DNA from: Eledone cirrhosa | Taxonomy: Eukaryota | Assembly (NCBI GenBank): GCA_964016885.1 | Contig: OZ024743.1 | Coordinates: 202,616,001-202,680,000, forward strand | DNA length: 64,000 nucleotides | Direction: 5' to 3' | Shown here: piece after piece, positions 14,498-27,516 of the stretch | How the letters are laid out: the number at the start of each line of letters is the position of its first letter | How positions within the stretch are numbered: position 1 is the first letter of the stretch | Position numbers and translations under genes: made by a program | Notes under the pieces: model-generated | Database searches by the model: none | What the model was told of the DNA's origin: nothing | The model's input: the letters and a program-made list of their open reading frames with translations, nothing else

Positions 14498-14999
14498 GTA
14501 TATATATATATATATATTATAAAGCTGAGCGTCGTATGTATGTATTATGTATGTATCCTACACACCTTCCTATATTTTCTTAGCTTTACTCTCCCCGTCG
14601 CTCTCCCCTCTCTCTATAATAGATCACACAAATACACATACTTTCACACCTGATTTCGCCAATTGCCGGATAACATCAGAACAAAACCCACAGACACACA
14701 CATGCACATGCACACATACACAAACACACATACACATACACAAACACACACACATATCTATACGGAAGAGTCAACGGTATAAGAGTCAACGGCCATCCAA
14801 AAGTGTGTAAAAATGTATCTACACATGTACATATGTATGTATATGTATATGTGTGTATGCTTGGGTGCATTTATGCGAGGGGATATAGAAATAGTCGGGC
14901 TGGACACCCGATCGTGCGGTTAAACCACTGGGAGTGAAGGACCCCTAGCCTTTCTCGGGGCATTCTTCTAGGAGAAGGCAACTCAGGAAACTGGAATAA

Positions 15000-15120
15000 C
15001 TGCGATATAAAACCTGCGGCTCAGGAGTTAACGATGGTGTTGATATTTTCTTCTTTTCGGGTTATAGCTACTGTCGCTCAGAGATTGGGATTGGCTCAGT
15101 GCACAGTCTTTCCTCACGCA
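15000..15120 (+). repeat. Dispersed repeat of unknown class, homologous to 23175-23285
   Basis: Shared blocks attttcttctttt..gg..ta and gctcaga..a.tggg.ttgg...agtgca....cttt..tca at both loci. Confidence 0.55.
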
Positions 15121-15479
15121 CAGGCATTGCACGATAGCATTAATTAATTATTATTAATAATAGTATATCGTGCAATGGCCATACTCGATAAAGTGGGGGC
15201 AGCCATCATCATCATCATGTATGTATGTATGTATATTAACAACACAGCTTAACTCTTTATTGTTAAACTCATTTCTACGGTACCTCCTCCCCTTTGTTAC
15301 GATGTCGGAAGGACAATGTGACACTGGAGGGTGTGTGGTATATTTGCAGTGGAGTGGTGGGGGCAGGTATACCTAGCCGGGCGCCAGCCAGACGGGTCAG
15401 CTAGTATATATATTTTTAACAACTCCGTTACGCTTGGCCGTATATTATTAACCATCTTGCCGTATATTATTAACCATCT

Positions 15480-15668
15480 AGGGCGGTGGATTGGCAGTAT
15501 CGGTAGAGGGTCGGACGCCATGCTTTCCAGCGTAGTTACGTCCCTTTACCATCTGAGTTCAAATCCCGCCGAGGTTGACTTTGCCTTTCATCCTTACGGG
15601 GTCGATAAAATAAAGTACCAGTAATGCACTGGTAATTGCTGGCCTTGTGCCTAAAGTAGAAACAATTA
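15480..15668 (+). mobile_element. Full tRNA-derived SINE with 14-bp TSD attattaaccatct
   Basis: TSD at 15466-15479 and 15665-15678. Confidence 0.9.
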
Positions 15669-16050
15669 TTAACCATCTTGCCAATAAGAACCTAGAGCAC
15701 CTTTTTGAATTCCATGTGTCTAACACCCGTGGGCATGCCTACAAATTCAAAAAAAACAGCACTGCTCCTATGACTTTCGGAAACATTTTTTCCCGCTCAG
15801 GGTTGCTCAAGCATGGAACAAACAACCTGCATCAGTTGTTAACTGTCGAGAAATTACATCCTTTAAAACCTCAATGCTTCCTGAGATTCGCCAACACTGC
15901 ACCTAATGTCTCCGTCCATACACACGTACACATGTATTTCATGACTCGTACATTGTTAATTTTACTCATATTTGAACATTGTTCTATGTACTATACATGC
16001 ACCTTTGATGAGTTGTACTGCACCTGAGCACTGTACGCAATAATTTTATT

Positions 16051-16081
<31 letters not shown>

Positions 16082-16083
16082 TA
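15669..16083 (+). mobile_element. CR1-type LINE 3' end with (ATT)n tail
   Basis: LEHLFEFHVSNTRGHAYKF then (frameshift) KQHCSYDFRKHFFPLRVAQAWNKQPASVV, the CR1 ORF2 C-terminal TRGH/RV..WN.LP signature; ends in (att)n. Confidence 0.75.
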
Positions 16084-16593
16084 TCTGGTTATATTGGCGC
16101 ACCAGTGCATATATATTCAATTGTTACCCTATTGGCGTTCGTGTAGTATGTATATCTATATATTTGTCTGCATGTATGTATATGTGTGTATAAGTGTATA
16201 AGTGTGTGTATAAGTCTAAATAATTGTGTGTTTTTGTAATTGAACTCATGCTTTCTACTATTGTATTTCATGTATAAATGGATCATTTTATGTACACAGA
16301 AGTATAATTTATCATCCTAATTTTATTAGCCCTTAAAGGCACATCCCCTGCATAACTCCGACATTTCAATAGGCTTCGTTTAAAGGGAGCCATTATTTTT
16401 GCATAAACTATTCACCATAAGATTTACCATTCCATTGGGTATCAGGTAAGAAATGAATTAATAAGAAAATACGCTAATTCTTTGTCTAGCTCAAATTATT
16501 TTCCTTTTTAATAATAGTGAATGAAGGTTTTATGTTTGTTTGAAATTATTAGTCAAGTAATTGAAGGAAGAGTTTTCAATATTTAACTGTTTT

Positions 16594-16801
16594 AGGGCCG
16601 TGGATTGGCAGGATCGGTAGAGCGCCATACACCATGCTTTGCAGCATAGAGTTAGGGTTCTTTACGTTCTGAGCTCAAATCCCGCGGAAGTTAGCTTTGC
16701 CTTCCATCCTTATTGGGTCGATAAAATGATGTACAAATAAGTACTTTAATCGACTTCCCCACCCTTCAAATTGCTGGCGTTGTGCCTCTAGTAGAAACAA
16801 T
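16594..16801 (+). mobile_element. tRNA-derived SINE, older or longer subfamily
   Basis: Same head and core, with an extra taatcgacttcccc block before the 3' end. Confidence 0.8.
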
Positions 16802-17143
16802 ATTTGGCTGTCTGAATTAGTACAGTAAAAGGTTGGGTAGGTGGTTCATTTTCCTCAACCCTACAGACTACTGACAGGTAAATATTCATTGGCAAAAGTT
16901 TAATCTTATAACTATACCTCTATAGATCATCAATTTGTTGAAGTTCAAACACAGATCTTCTGGCTGTTTTCGGGCATTCAACGTATAAAAATCTATGAAA
17001 AGGAACATTCCATGTTTCACTTCGGAGTAATACGAACTGGAATCTACATTATTCATATTGGGATTTATCTAATTTAATCTAATTACATTTATTCACTATA
17101 TGACAAACAGGATAAACACAGACACATATACATATGTATTTAT

Positions 17144-17195
<52 letters not shown>

Positions 17196-17292
17196 TTATA
17201 ACGAAGGAAATGTGGTAAGGAACCAGGTGGACCATAACGCACCAAAGTACTCAATACTTGAGGTAGTAGAGTGGGTAATAGGAACCAGTAAG

Positions 17293-17386
17293 ACCCCGAC
17301 AGCTGAGTTCAAGCCGTTTCGACGGCTAATTCTGGACTAAATGAAAATTTATCCTGGTATTTAAATAGCCGATCTTCTCAAGGGGT
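17293..17386 (-). ncRNA. Type I hammerhead ribozyme, U3-A8 variant (family B)
   Basis: Reverse complement of 18618-18711. Confidence 0.8.
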
Positions 17387-17751
17387 AATTCCATATATGG
17401 TCAAAGTGATTGTCAAAAATCAGTAGTAATTCTGTGGTTGCAAATTAGTAGGGGAGATGGTGGCTAAACCTGCCAGTAGGAGAAAGAGGGGAGGGGGTGG
17501 AGTAGACCCAATCAAGCGTTGGTAGTGCCAGCTACAGCTGGGCATGAGGTCAAAGAAGATACAGGGGAGGGGGAGGGGGAGGAAGTCGGAACGGTAGGTA
17601 GAACAATGGGGGGTAGAAATAGGAAAGAAAAAATACTGAGAGTGAAGAAAAGCAAATAAGTGTAAAGAAAAAAGTAAAGTAAATTAAATTCTACGACCTA
17701 GGTGTCAGGCTATTGTTAGGCTAGAATAAAATAAAGAAAGAAAGAAAGAAG

Positions 17752-17782
<31 letters not shown>

Positions 17783-18617
17783 CGAAATAAGTAAAAGAAC
17801 TAGGTGGGACGGGATAGGCAAGGACCCTTTTAAGAGGTATAAGTACGTAAATGATACGGTGACGGGTCAACAAAAGGGGCCAAAATACTAAAGAGACTAC
17901 CACGAAATAAACAATAAAGGCTTCCATCCCGGGCCAGCAACGACCCAGTGCAGCAAAGTGAACTTGTACGAGATAATAATTCTGAGTCCCGAGAAAAATA
18001 TATACTAATGCTAACTCTAAAAGATCTAAAACAAGCTACATGAAGGTTCGTACGAAATAAAGGTAGAAATACGGAGAAATAAATTCAGAATCCACCCCGC
18101 CCAGAAGAAAAGCGAAGCAAGAAATACTGAAACGAAAAAATAAATAGTACCCCCACCAAAAATAAATACCACCCCCTCCCCTAGTCTATGATAGATTTGG
18201 CGGACTCCGCCCTTTATAGCAGTTGGCTTAGACCCCGGATACTTGCCCCCTTTTTCCGTCCGCTCCCACTATTCTCTGTGCCCTCTATATTTCTTAGTGG
18301 CATTTATGCCTTATTTTTTCGTTTCAGTATTTCTTGCTTCGCTTTTCTTCTGGGCGGGGTGGATTCTGAATTTATTTCTCCGTATTTCTACCTTTATTTC
18401 GTACGAACCTTCATGTAGCTTCCTCCCCCTCCCCCTCCCCTGTATCTTCTTTGACCTCATGCCCAGCTGTAGCTGGCACTACCAACGCTTGATTGGGTCT
18501 ACTCCACCCCCTCCCCTCTTTCTCCTACTGGCAGGTTTAGCCACCATCTCCCCTACTAATTTGCAACCACAGAATTACTACTGATTTTTGACAATCACTT
18601 TGACCATATATGGAATT

Positions 18618-18711
18618 ACCCCTTGAGAAGATCGGCTATTTAAATACCAGGATAAATTTTCATTTAGTCCAGAATTAGCCGTCGAAACGGCTTGAGCTCA
18701 GCTGTCGGGGT
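18618..18711 (+). ncRNA. Type I hammerhead ribozyme, U3-A8 variant core TTGAGAA (family B)
   Basis: ACCCC-TTGAGAA-gatcggcta...tagccgtc-GAAA-cggct tgagctc agctGTC-GGGGT; GUC site at 18706. Confidence 0.8.
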
Positions 18712-18765
18712 CTTATTGGTTCCTATATATATTTATATATAAGTTTATATATATATATGTATATA

Positions 18766-18815
<50 letters not shown>

Positions 18816-18819
18816 TATA

Positions 18820-18876
<57 letters not shown>

Positions 18877-18945
18877 GTGTGTGTGTGAATATGTATGTAT
18901 GTAAATATATATGTATATATATATATATATAAATATATATGTATG

Positions 18946-19076
<131 letters not shown>

Positions 19077-19692
19077 TATATATATATACATACAGAGAGA
19101 GATAGAGAGGGGTAGAGAGGCATATAGATATACACATCTGTGTGTCCGTATTTATGTGTGCATGTGTGTGTGTGTATGTGTAACACTGTATGTGTGCGTG
19201 CGTGTTTCTGAGTTGATGCCAAGCTTGAACATTTATTCATATATTATATGGAAAACCTTAACAGGTTTTCCTGCTAGTGTTGTGGCTTATTCATTAATAA
19301 ATATTGGTGTCATATGCTTGGAACTCTCTTAGCATTTCACTGGAGCACATTTTACACAAAATTATATATTGGATTAGTATATTTCTCTAATTTGCCGCGA
19401 GAATGATTCTTTTCAAATACGATAGTATTTTATTGTCCTCACAGACATAGGTGATATAAGACGCACATTGGATTATTGGTCGACTGAACAGCAAAGGAAA
19501 CTAATTCCCAACGCTAAAATCAATAAATAAATATCAATTAATAATGGCGAATATTTTTGATCATATGCTTGATAAATATACCAACTAAATACAATTATAT
19601 TTAGTGCCGATTTTTAGAGGTCAAAGAGGGCGTTTTTATCTGCACTCTTGTTTTGGTAGAAGTAGAATTTGACTCTCACTCTTATACTAGAA

Positions 19693-19850
19693 CAGTTTTT
19701 CCCAAACCTTTTCAAAAGCGGAACCATTTTTTATTCAGAAACCTTTGGGGTAACCCCAAAGACTAATACTGTTATATGATCGTAATATAAATATACTCCT
19801 GTACCGTTTTTCTCTGAACTCCTTTGCGGAACCAACATTGGGAACGACTG
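19693..19850. mobile_element. hAT/Charlie-type MITE
   Basis: TIRs cagtttttcccaa / ttgggaacgactg; 8-bp TSD tactagaa (19685-92) / tactagag (19851-58). Confidence 0.75.
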
Positions 19851-21349
19851 TACTAGAGTAATATTTTAACTAAGTAACGCTCATTGCGAATCATCGTCAG
19901 AATCGTTATGCCTCTAAACATAGGTTGGTCGGAGATCTTTGACAGGGTGGGCTAAACAGGAGAAACAGCGACATTAATACCGTATTCAGAAAAGGAAGCC
20001 TCAAATTTATGGAATGGGGAACTATTAAATGGAGACACAATTATATAATTCCTACTTAAGTTACCGAGCCCTGAACGAATAATATAAGATGTAAATCGAT
20101 GGGATATGAATTCAGAATGTAATACAATACATTGGAAGAGTGTATCTCTATTATACTTTCAACATACCTCTCTCAAAAGATACTGTTGTCATCTTAATAT
20201 ATATTAATGCCTTGGATTGGTAAAAGGTCATATATTCGGTGAAAGAGCATAGTCAAATATGGTTTTCTACCATTGATATGCGGTTACATATGATGGGAGA
20301 AGGATGCAGTTGAATCTATTCACTTGATGAATAATTTATTTATTTCTACCACGGAAGAGTGAAATGCAGAGTTGATCTTATCAGGATGTAATTCAAATTG
20401 AAAAACACCACCATAAGTAAATAAATATTTATTTTATTTTATTTTATTATATTTCATACAAGGTATTTTTTCGAAAGTTTTAGCAATTCTGTCTCTGACT
20501 ACATTCAGAATTGTAATAAATACTGATGGTTAATGCGCATAATGCTTCGGATACCTTGAAACGGAAAACCGTTTAGAGAACCACCAGTACTTAATCGATA
20601 AGAGAAGATGACTTCAGCATTTTAAACACTCAAACTGAAAAGTGAAACAACTAAATACAGCTAAGCGATTAATACGTTAGATTATCTGCCAACACTCTAT
20701 CATCTTCCTATAATTGTCCTTAATATTAGCATAACGGAATCATAATTTATGTGTAGGCGCAACCAAACCCCTAATCGACCTGATTCTGCATTGTATCTAT
20801 GCCATCCATAGGCCTAGAGCTCCTGGTGGTGTCGTAGGAGCGACGTTGTGGTATGTAGGGGAACCTATTCCTCTCCAGATCTGAACAGGCTCCATTTCAT
20901 CTAGGCAAAAAGACGGAAAATTCTGAAAGTTATATAGTTGACGAATTCAGCACAGTAATTGACTAACACTTTGTTTATAAGCCCCACAATGATAGACAGC
21001 AACATTGGTTTCGAGAAAGATTCAACTCAGAGTACAGAGAGCCAGAATAAATACAATTGAGTAGATAGAAAATATGTAAAATGTCATTGTATGAGCCATA
21101 TTTTTTCTTCCGTCGTTGGCTTATTCATTCACCAGTTTTAACATTACATAACATGTGGTTGTTTTAGATTATTGTAATCTGTCATGATATGACATGACAT
21201 AGACACTGAATTTCAAATGGATTCACAGAGGTGCCGTCATGGGACGGTTTCGACACTTATAATTGGCGAAGCCCAGCCGTCTCTACGTTAGATCACTCCC
21301 GAATTCTTTCAGAGACAGAACACATGAAAAGTGAGAAAGAGATATATTA

Positions 21350-21640
21350 ATTATTGTTTCTACTTTTTGGTACAAGGCCAGCAATTACCCAGTACGTTAC
21401 TAGTAATTTATTTTAATAATAACGACAATAAACAACAACAATTCTTTCGACTTTAGGTACAAGGCCAGCAATTTAAAGTGGAGAGGCAATTCGATTAAAT
21501 CGACCCCAGTGCATTACTGGTGCTTTATTTTATCGAGCTCGTAAGGATGAGAGGCAAAGTTAACCTCAGCGTGATTTGAACTCAGACTCTAAAGTGATAT
21601 AACTATGCCAGAAAGTATGGTGTCCAACACTCTGCCGAAA
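21350..21640 (-). mobile_element. Two SINE copies (3' fragment 21350-21410; near-full copy 21445-21640)
   Basis: Reverse complement matches to the SINE consensus. Confidence 0.75.
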
Positions 21641-21641
21641 C

Positions 21642-21905
21642 TTCTAGTTGATGTATCAATCTCCGCAAACGACAATGTATCTACCAAGAAAACAACTATC
21701 CAAATATAAATATCTAGGGATACAAACGATCCGACTGCGGATGATGAAGACAGAAACTATACCTGAAATAATAGGTGTTCTGAGAACGATAAAAGAAGTA
21801 CAGACAGAGACATAAACAAAATCCCAGGACTTACAAATATATACAGCATACCAAAATTACCAAGACTAGGCACTGCACATGTTAGGAAGATTAATCTCAA
21901 TATAA
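21642..21905 (+). pseudogene. R4/Dong-like non-LTR retrotransposon 3' fragment (REL endonuclease)
   Basis: LVDVSISANDNVSTK..LSKYKYLGIQ..MKTETIPEIIGVLRTIK..KIPGLTNIYSIPK..LGTAHV resembles the REL C-terminus of R4/Dong elements. Confidence 0.65.
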
Positions 21906-22609
21906 TAGAAACAACAGTAAGGAAACCTATCGTGCTAAGCTGATAATCATTATCATCGTCTTAATTAACTACTACTACTAAGTGATTTTGATCTTCGTCC
22001 TGCTGACTCTGCCCTACACGATGTTGATTAATTCACCCCTGACACCCTTATATGCAGATATCTTATTCTGGTGGTGCCTTTCTTGTTGTTGTTTTCAGAT
22101 TTCAAAAGAATGCCTAAAGGGTATTTTCGTCTATTAGAATTAAGCCTAATGTCACTTGACCGAAGTTATCCAACTATCTATATTACATATTTGAATTATG
22201 TATACAGAAAACCTCCTGAGATATTTTATCAGTTAATGTTTGACGAGCACGTAATTGACGTCCCATGAAATTGTTTGTAAGTTTGAATGTAGACAGCTGT
22301 TGAATAACCTATCGAAATTAATTATGCGGAAATGCTACAATTAAATAAAAGATACACGAACGCGCAATTGGAATGGATGGGAGAGAAACATGGAGTCCAT
22401 AGGGACTTTACATAAAAGTGTTAAATGAATCCATTAATTATGCAAAGATTCTAACATCCGCTTCTCTGTCACTGGTGTCTTCCAATGTCTAAGGATACAA
22501 ACATATTCAATCAATTGACTGAAGTGCTGTATTTACAGACAAGTAGAAACGGATAGATGTATGATGGATTGATACAATATACATATATATATATATATAT
22601 GAGTATATT

Positions 22610-22648
<39 letters not shown>

Positions 22649-24344
22649 ACGTGTGTGTGAGAGAGTGTTTGTGTGTGTATATTTTTTCCATTAAAGTTAT
22701 ATACATTTTTTTCTCTTCGTGGTGGCCGTCACATCAGTTTTCATATCACCAGATAGAAAGCGAAATGCATTTTTTGCTTATATATTGATACTATCAATGT
22801 AAACATTACCATGTCAACTGTTAGTAGACCTAGCTAGAAAGGATGAAAGAAATTTGGGAATCGAATGTTGAAGAATTCTTGATTCTAATAGATTGGTTTC
22901 TCCATTATTTGTGAAGGAAGATATGGAAACATATTTCGTAGTTTGGGTTTTCCTTTATCCTCACTCTTTTTAGTTGAACAAGTTTTAAACGAGACATTTG
23001 AAGATATATGTATGAATATGTATGTTTGTATGTATGTATGTAAGTATAGTATGAATATGTACGTATGTATATATGCATGTATGTGGGTATGTAGGTATGC
23101 ACATAGCCCACCGAGAGTCAGAGAACCCTAGTTCAAATTAGAGCGTCATTCTAGAACTCTGATATAGTCCTAGAACCTACGACTCAATGGCCGCTAATGA
23201 TGTAGACATTTTCTTCTTTTTGGATACCTGTCACCGTTGCTCAGAAAATGGGTTTGGTCCAGTGCAAGGCCTTTCTTCAATCACACACATCATTTGACCT
23301 AAACGACTTCATGTTCTGTCGCGTGAGCATGGCAACTTCCACTTTTCTTTCGCCTCAGCATTTGAAAAACGTCATGTTCGTGCCACCCATATATGAGAGA
23401 AGCGTCAAAGGATGGCCCTTTTCTTCGAAACCGAGATGTAGCCATTATGTACGTATTTATGTATGTATGCAGCATGTGTGTGTAAAAAAGTGTGGTTTAT
23501 TGAAATAAATTGTTTGTCTAACTCTTGTAAGCTCATAAGTTCGATTCCCAGCGGTGCATTGTGTCGTTGAACCCTAAAATTAATTTTTGGTTCTTCCAAT
23601 CCACTCAGCTTGCAAAAGTGAATTGTACCTGTAATTTGAAAGAGCAGCCATACCACACATCGTGTCACGCCGTATTTCCCTACAGTATTACACAGCATGT
23701 TAGCATAACATAAGTACCTGAAAAAATATATAAACGCATATAATACGTTTATATACAATAAAGGTATGAGTAGCCACGCTGCCGAAGAAAAATATTTATT
23801 CGTAACGAGGCGAAACAAAAAAATATATATATTTTTCTCTATTTTCCTTGTTGAATATATCCCTGATTTGCTTGTGTGTTCTGAGAATATCAGAAAGCGC
23901 TGATTCAAGTTTTGTAAATCTTTCATCAGAGACAACCACTCAAAATGTACTGACGTGAAATAGACTATAGGCTATACATGTATATAATTGGGTGTGGGTA
24001 TGCATGTAGTATGTATGAATGTGTCATGCATTTCATGTGTGTGTGATTACACGTGAAGTAGATACCTTTGATGTTGATGATTAAATTAGCAATGTAAAAT
24101 AGTGGACTGCTTGTATTGTTAGATAATCGGGCGCATTGTTTGCATATGGTAGTTCAAATCCTAACGGGTGTTAGGTGTATTGGTCTGCCTTAACAACCCT
24201 ACCTAACGGTTGGTGACATTCAGTGGTGTAAACTCTGTTGCGTACCAGGTTTCCGACATTCCAATCAGTTTTTAAAGCACCTGAAATGTGCCATGCCACC
24301 TGCCTATAGGTTATGAAAAATTAGTTTAGATTACCCTCTGAAAT

Positions 24345-24605
24345 GTGGAGGCGCTTGGATTAAGGTGTTGGATTTGAAATCATAATGTCGGGGATTCGAT
24401 TCCTGGACTGGTTTGTGTGTTGGACTGGTTTGCTCCAGAACACTCAGCTAAAAATATGTTCCAGCAATAGCTGGAAATTTTGCCCTGCGATGGACTGGTG
24501 TCCTCACCAGAGGTTGTCTTGTATTCTCAGTTACTTCCCGCCACAGAAAACGAAATAAGCACCAGCTTGGTGAATCTCCGGGCTCACGAGTGGCTTTAGA
24601 CTTTT
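24345..24605 (+). mobile_element. Old tRNA-derived SINE of a second family
   Basis: B-box-like gattcgattcct and a ccctgcgatggactgg motif. Confidence 0.45.
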
Positions 24606-25053
24606 AGAATGTATGAATCGAAAGAAGACAGAAACATTGTCACCATTGGAATTGGTCCATTCTATGAAGCCCATTGATCTCTAGAAGCCTTTAGATGCGC
24701 TCACTGCAATAGTCAAAGTCTGAAGAATAAGCTGTGTAATATGCAATTCTGGTCTCTCTAAGTTAGAAGAAACGGAGAAGGAAAGAAAGAATGAGTAACT
24801 TAAACGATTTTATCAATAGTCGGTTAGGTCAGAGTCAATCTCTGGCTAAACAACAACTATCGCAACAATGACAATACAAATATAATTACTACGTAATAAG
24901 ATAAAGCCGACTACAATGACAAAGTACACCATTGAAATGTTGAAGATACGTATACAATTCGCTTGAGTGGGTCTACTGTAATAGGATAGAAAGAGTGATA
25001 TTTGAGTATACATACACACATATGTTATACTCAGACATATATGCACACATATG

Positions 25054-25276
<223 letters not shown>

Positions 25277-25523
25277 AGTGTGTATGTTACTGAATGTTAG
25301 TGTGCGTGTGTCTATGGGTGTTTGTTTTGTTGATTGGTAATAGCAATGCTATTTTATTTCACTGGCTATTTGTGTGAGAACAGTGTGTATGTAGATAGGT
25401 TACTAGATATATACTATTATATAATGGCTTCAGCCTCTAAGGCAGTGTTTGTTTACTGTACTCATTGTTTTATATGATTTCAATATATTCAATATTGTGT
25501 GTGTATGTATGTATATACACAGA

Positions 25524-25561
<38 letters not shown>

Positions 25562-25833
25562 TGATGTTGTCTGTGTGTCCCCATTTTTGCAAAGTCTATA
25601 CAAATGTACATTTCTAGTCCGATTGACTTCAAACTTGCATTTATATATTCCTTGCGGTCTAAAGATATTAAGTGCCGCTATTTTTTTTTCAATTTTCTGT
25701 TTTAAAGGGTGTTAGGCGCCGGTTATCCATCTCCGTCGCGCTCTTATAATATCTGTATGTATGTCTGATTGTCTGCATAACGTCATTCTGACGTATTATC
25801 TTCGCTACATTCACACACAGACACGCGCGCGTA

Positions 25834-25972
25834 CATAGTTACGTCCCTTTACGGTCTGAGTTCAAATCCCGCCATGGTTAACTTTGCCTTTCATCCTTAC
25901 GGGGTCGATAAAATAAACTACCAGTAATGTACTGGGTAATTGCTGGCCTTGTGCCTAACGTAGAAACAATTA
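25834..25972 (+). mobile_element. 5'-truncated SINE
   Basis: catagttacgtccctttacggtctgagttcaaatccc...tagaaacaatta. Confidence 0.85.
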
Positions 25973-26031
25973 TATATACATATATATATATATACACATA
26001 TATACATATACACACACATATATACACATAT

Positions 26032-26111
<80 letters not shown>

Positions 26112-26605
26112 ATACTTTGGGAGGGTCATGTTGCCAATAAGAAACACACGCACCAGTTGCTTTCACTTCAATTTAATTTATTAAATATTTATAAGTTTAC
26201 AAATTTATAAATTTATAAATTTCTGGTTGGTTGGTTGGTTCCACAACCAGATAGTTGTTTATATATATATAGTCATAGTTCTTTCGTCACACACTCTGTG
26301 ACCTCTTCAGTGACTGGGGATTTCTTTCTTCGTTTCTGTGCCTTTCCTTTCTTCTATCCTACGCCATTTTGTTTGTGTGTGGGTTGCGTGCTCAGTTTGC
26401 GCATGCGCCACATCCGGGTGTCTGTGTGTGTGTTTGTGTTCATTTTTCTATTTTTCTATTTATATTTTTCTATTTGTTTGTTTATTTATTTATTTATTGT
26501 TGGTTGGTTGTTTGTTCTATGTGTGTGTGTGTTTTCATTTTGTCTTGTGTGTGTTTTCAATTGTAAGTTGTTTGTTCTATGTGTGTGTGTGTTTTCATTT
26601 CGTCC

Positions 26606-27496
26606 TTAATTGTAAGTTGTGATGTTGCTGTTCCACTCATATTTTCTATTTAATTTTGGTTTTAATTCTTTTATGCTTACTGCCTCTGTAATTTGCCTAA
26701 ACATTGCGTCTTTCTTGTGTGTGGATTCTATTTTTATTTCTATGCTCTCTAATTTACCCCTGTGTTCTATCTTAGCATGTTGGTAGAGCACAGATGATTC
26801 TTTACTATTTTGGAGGTCTCGCCAGTGTTCATTTATTCGTTCCCCTATACTACGAGCTGTCTCACCTATGTACACTACATTTTTGTTTCTACATTGTCCT
26901 TCAGTACATCTTATGCTATAAACTACATTTCTAGTTTTACAGTTAATATGGGGGCTTATTTTACAGGTTATGCATTTCTTATCTATACATGAGGGTCTTT
27001 GGAACGGGTATGTCTTGCTAATAAGTGTTTTTACGGAGGTACCAGGTCTTTCTACTATCTTAATATTGAGATTATGTTTCTTTAGGGCCCTTCTAAATTT
27101 GTAGGCTAGTTCGCCTCTAGGGGTTGTATTGATGAACATTACACTCTGGTATTTATTGCTATCATACCATGAGTTTATTCTATTGGCCTTGTTCTTAGTT
27201 CTTTCTATTCTATTCCAAAATTTGCTCCTATACAAGGGGCAGGTCCCATTTATGTCATTATTTACCATTTTTTCCCATTTGGTTCTGGCTCCTTTATACA
27301 CTCTGATTCTATCTCTCTGATTGTAGCCAGAGAACTGCATACGGTGGATGAAGTGTTGTATGTGTCTCTCTAGTTCTTCGGGGTTGCACATGCGGGACAC
27401 ATTTCTCATCACCCGTACCAAATCCGCAATCAGTATGTTGATTTTGGTATGGTCCGAAATGGCCGAGTTTCGGTGGATCAGATGTTTGGAAGTCAT
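26606..27496 (-). CDS. Penelope-like (Neptune-type) RT thumb, linker and GIY-YIG endonuclease, 5'-truncated (left arm)
   Basis: HRNSAISDHTK (thumb), CIDKKCITC Zn motif, NVVYSIRC...YIGETARSIGERINEH, ITEAVSIKELKPKLNRK. Confidence 0.85.
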   Translation of the reverse strand: MTSKHLIHRNSAISDHTKINILIADLVRVMRNVSRMCNPEELERHIQHFIHRMQFSGYNQRDRIRVYKGARTKWEKMVNNDINGTCPLYRSKFWNRIERTKNKANRINSWYDSNKYQSVMFINTTPRGELAYKFRRALKKHNLNIKIVERPGTSVKTLISKTYPFQRPSCIDKKCITCKISPHINCKTRNVVYSIRCTEGQCRNKNVVYIGETARSIGERINEHWRDLQNSKESSVLYQHAKIEHRGKLESIEIKIESTHKKDAMFRQITEAVSIKELKPKLNRKYEWNSNITTYN

Positions 27497-27516
27497 GGGT
27501 TTGTCATGACAAACCC

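Larger units (their letters stand above)
17198..18725. mobile_element. Fold-back non-coding PLE pLTR (family B) inserted in (TA)n
   Basis: 18310-18420 is the inverse of about 18035-18143, and 18421-18725 the inverse of about 17278-17583. Both ends abut (TA)n. Confidence 0.85.
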
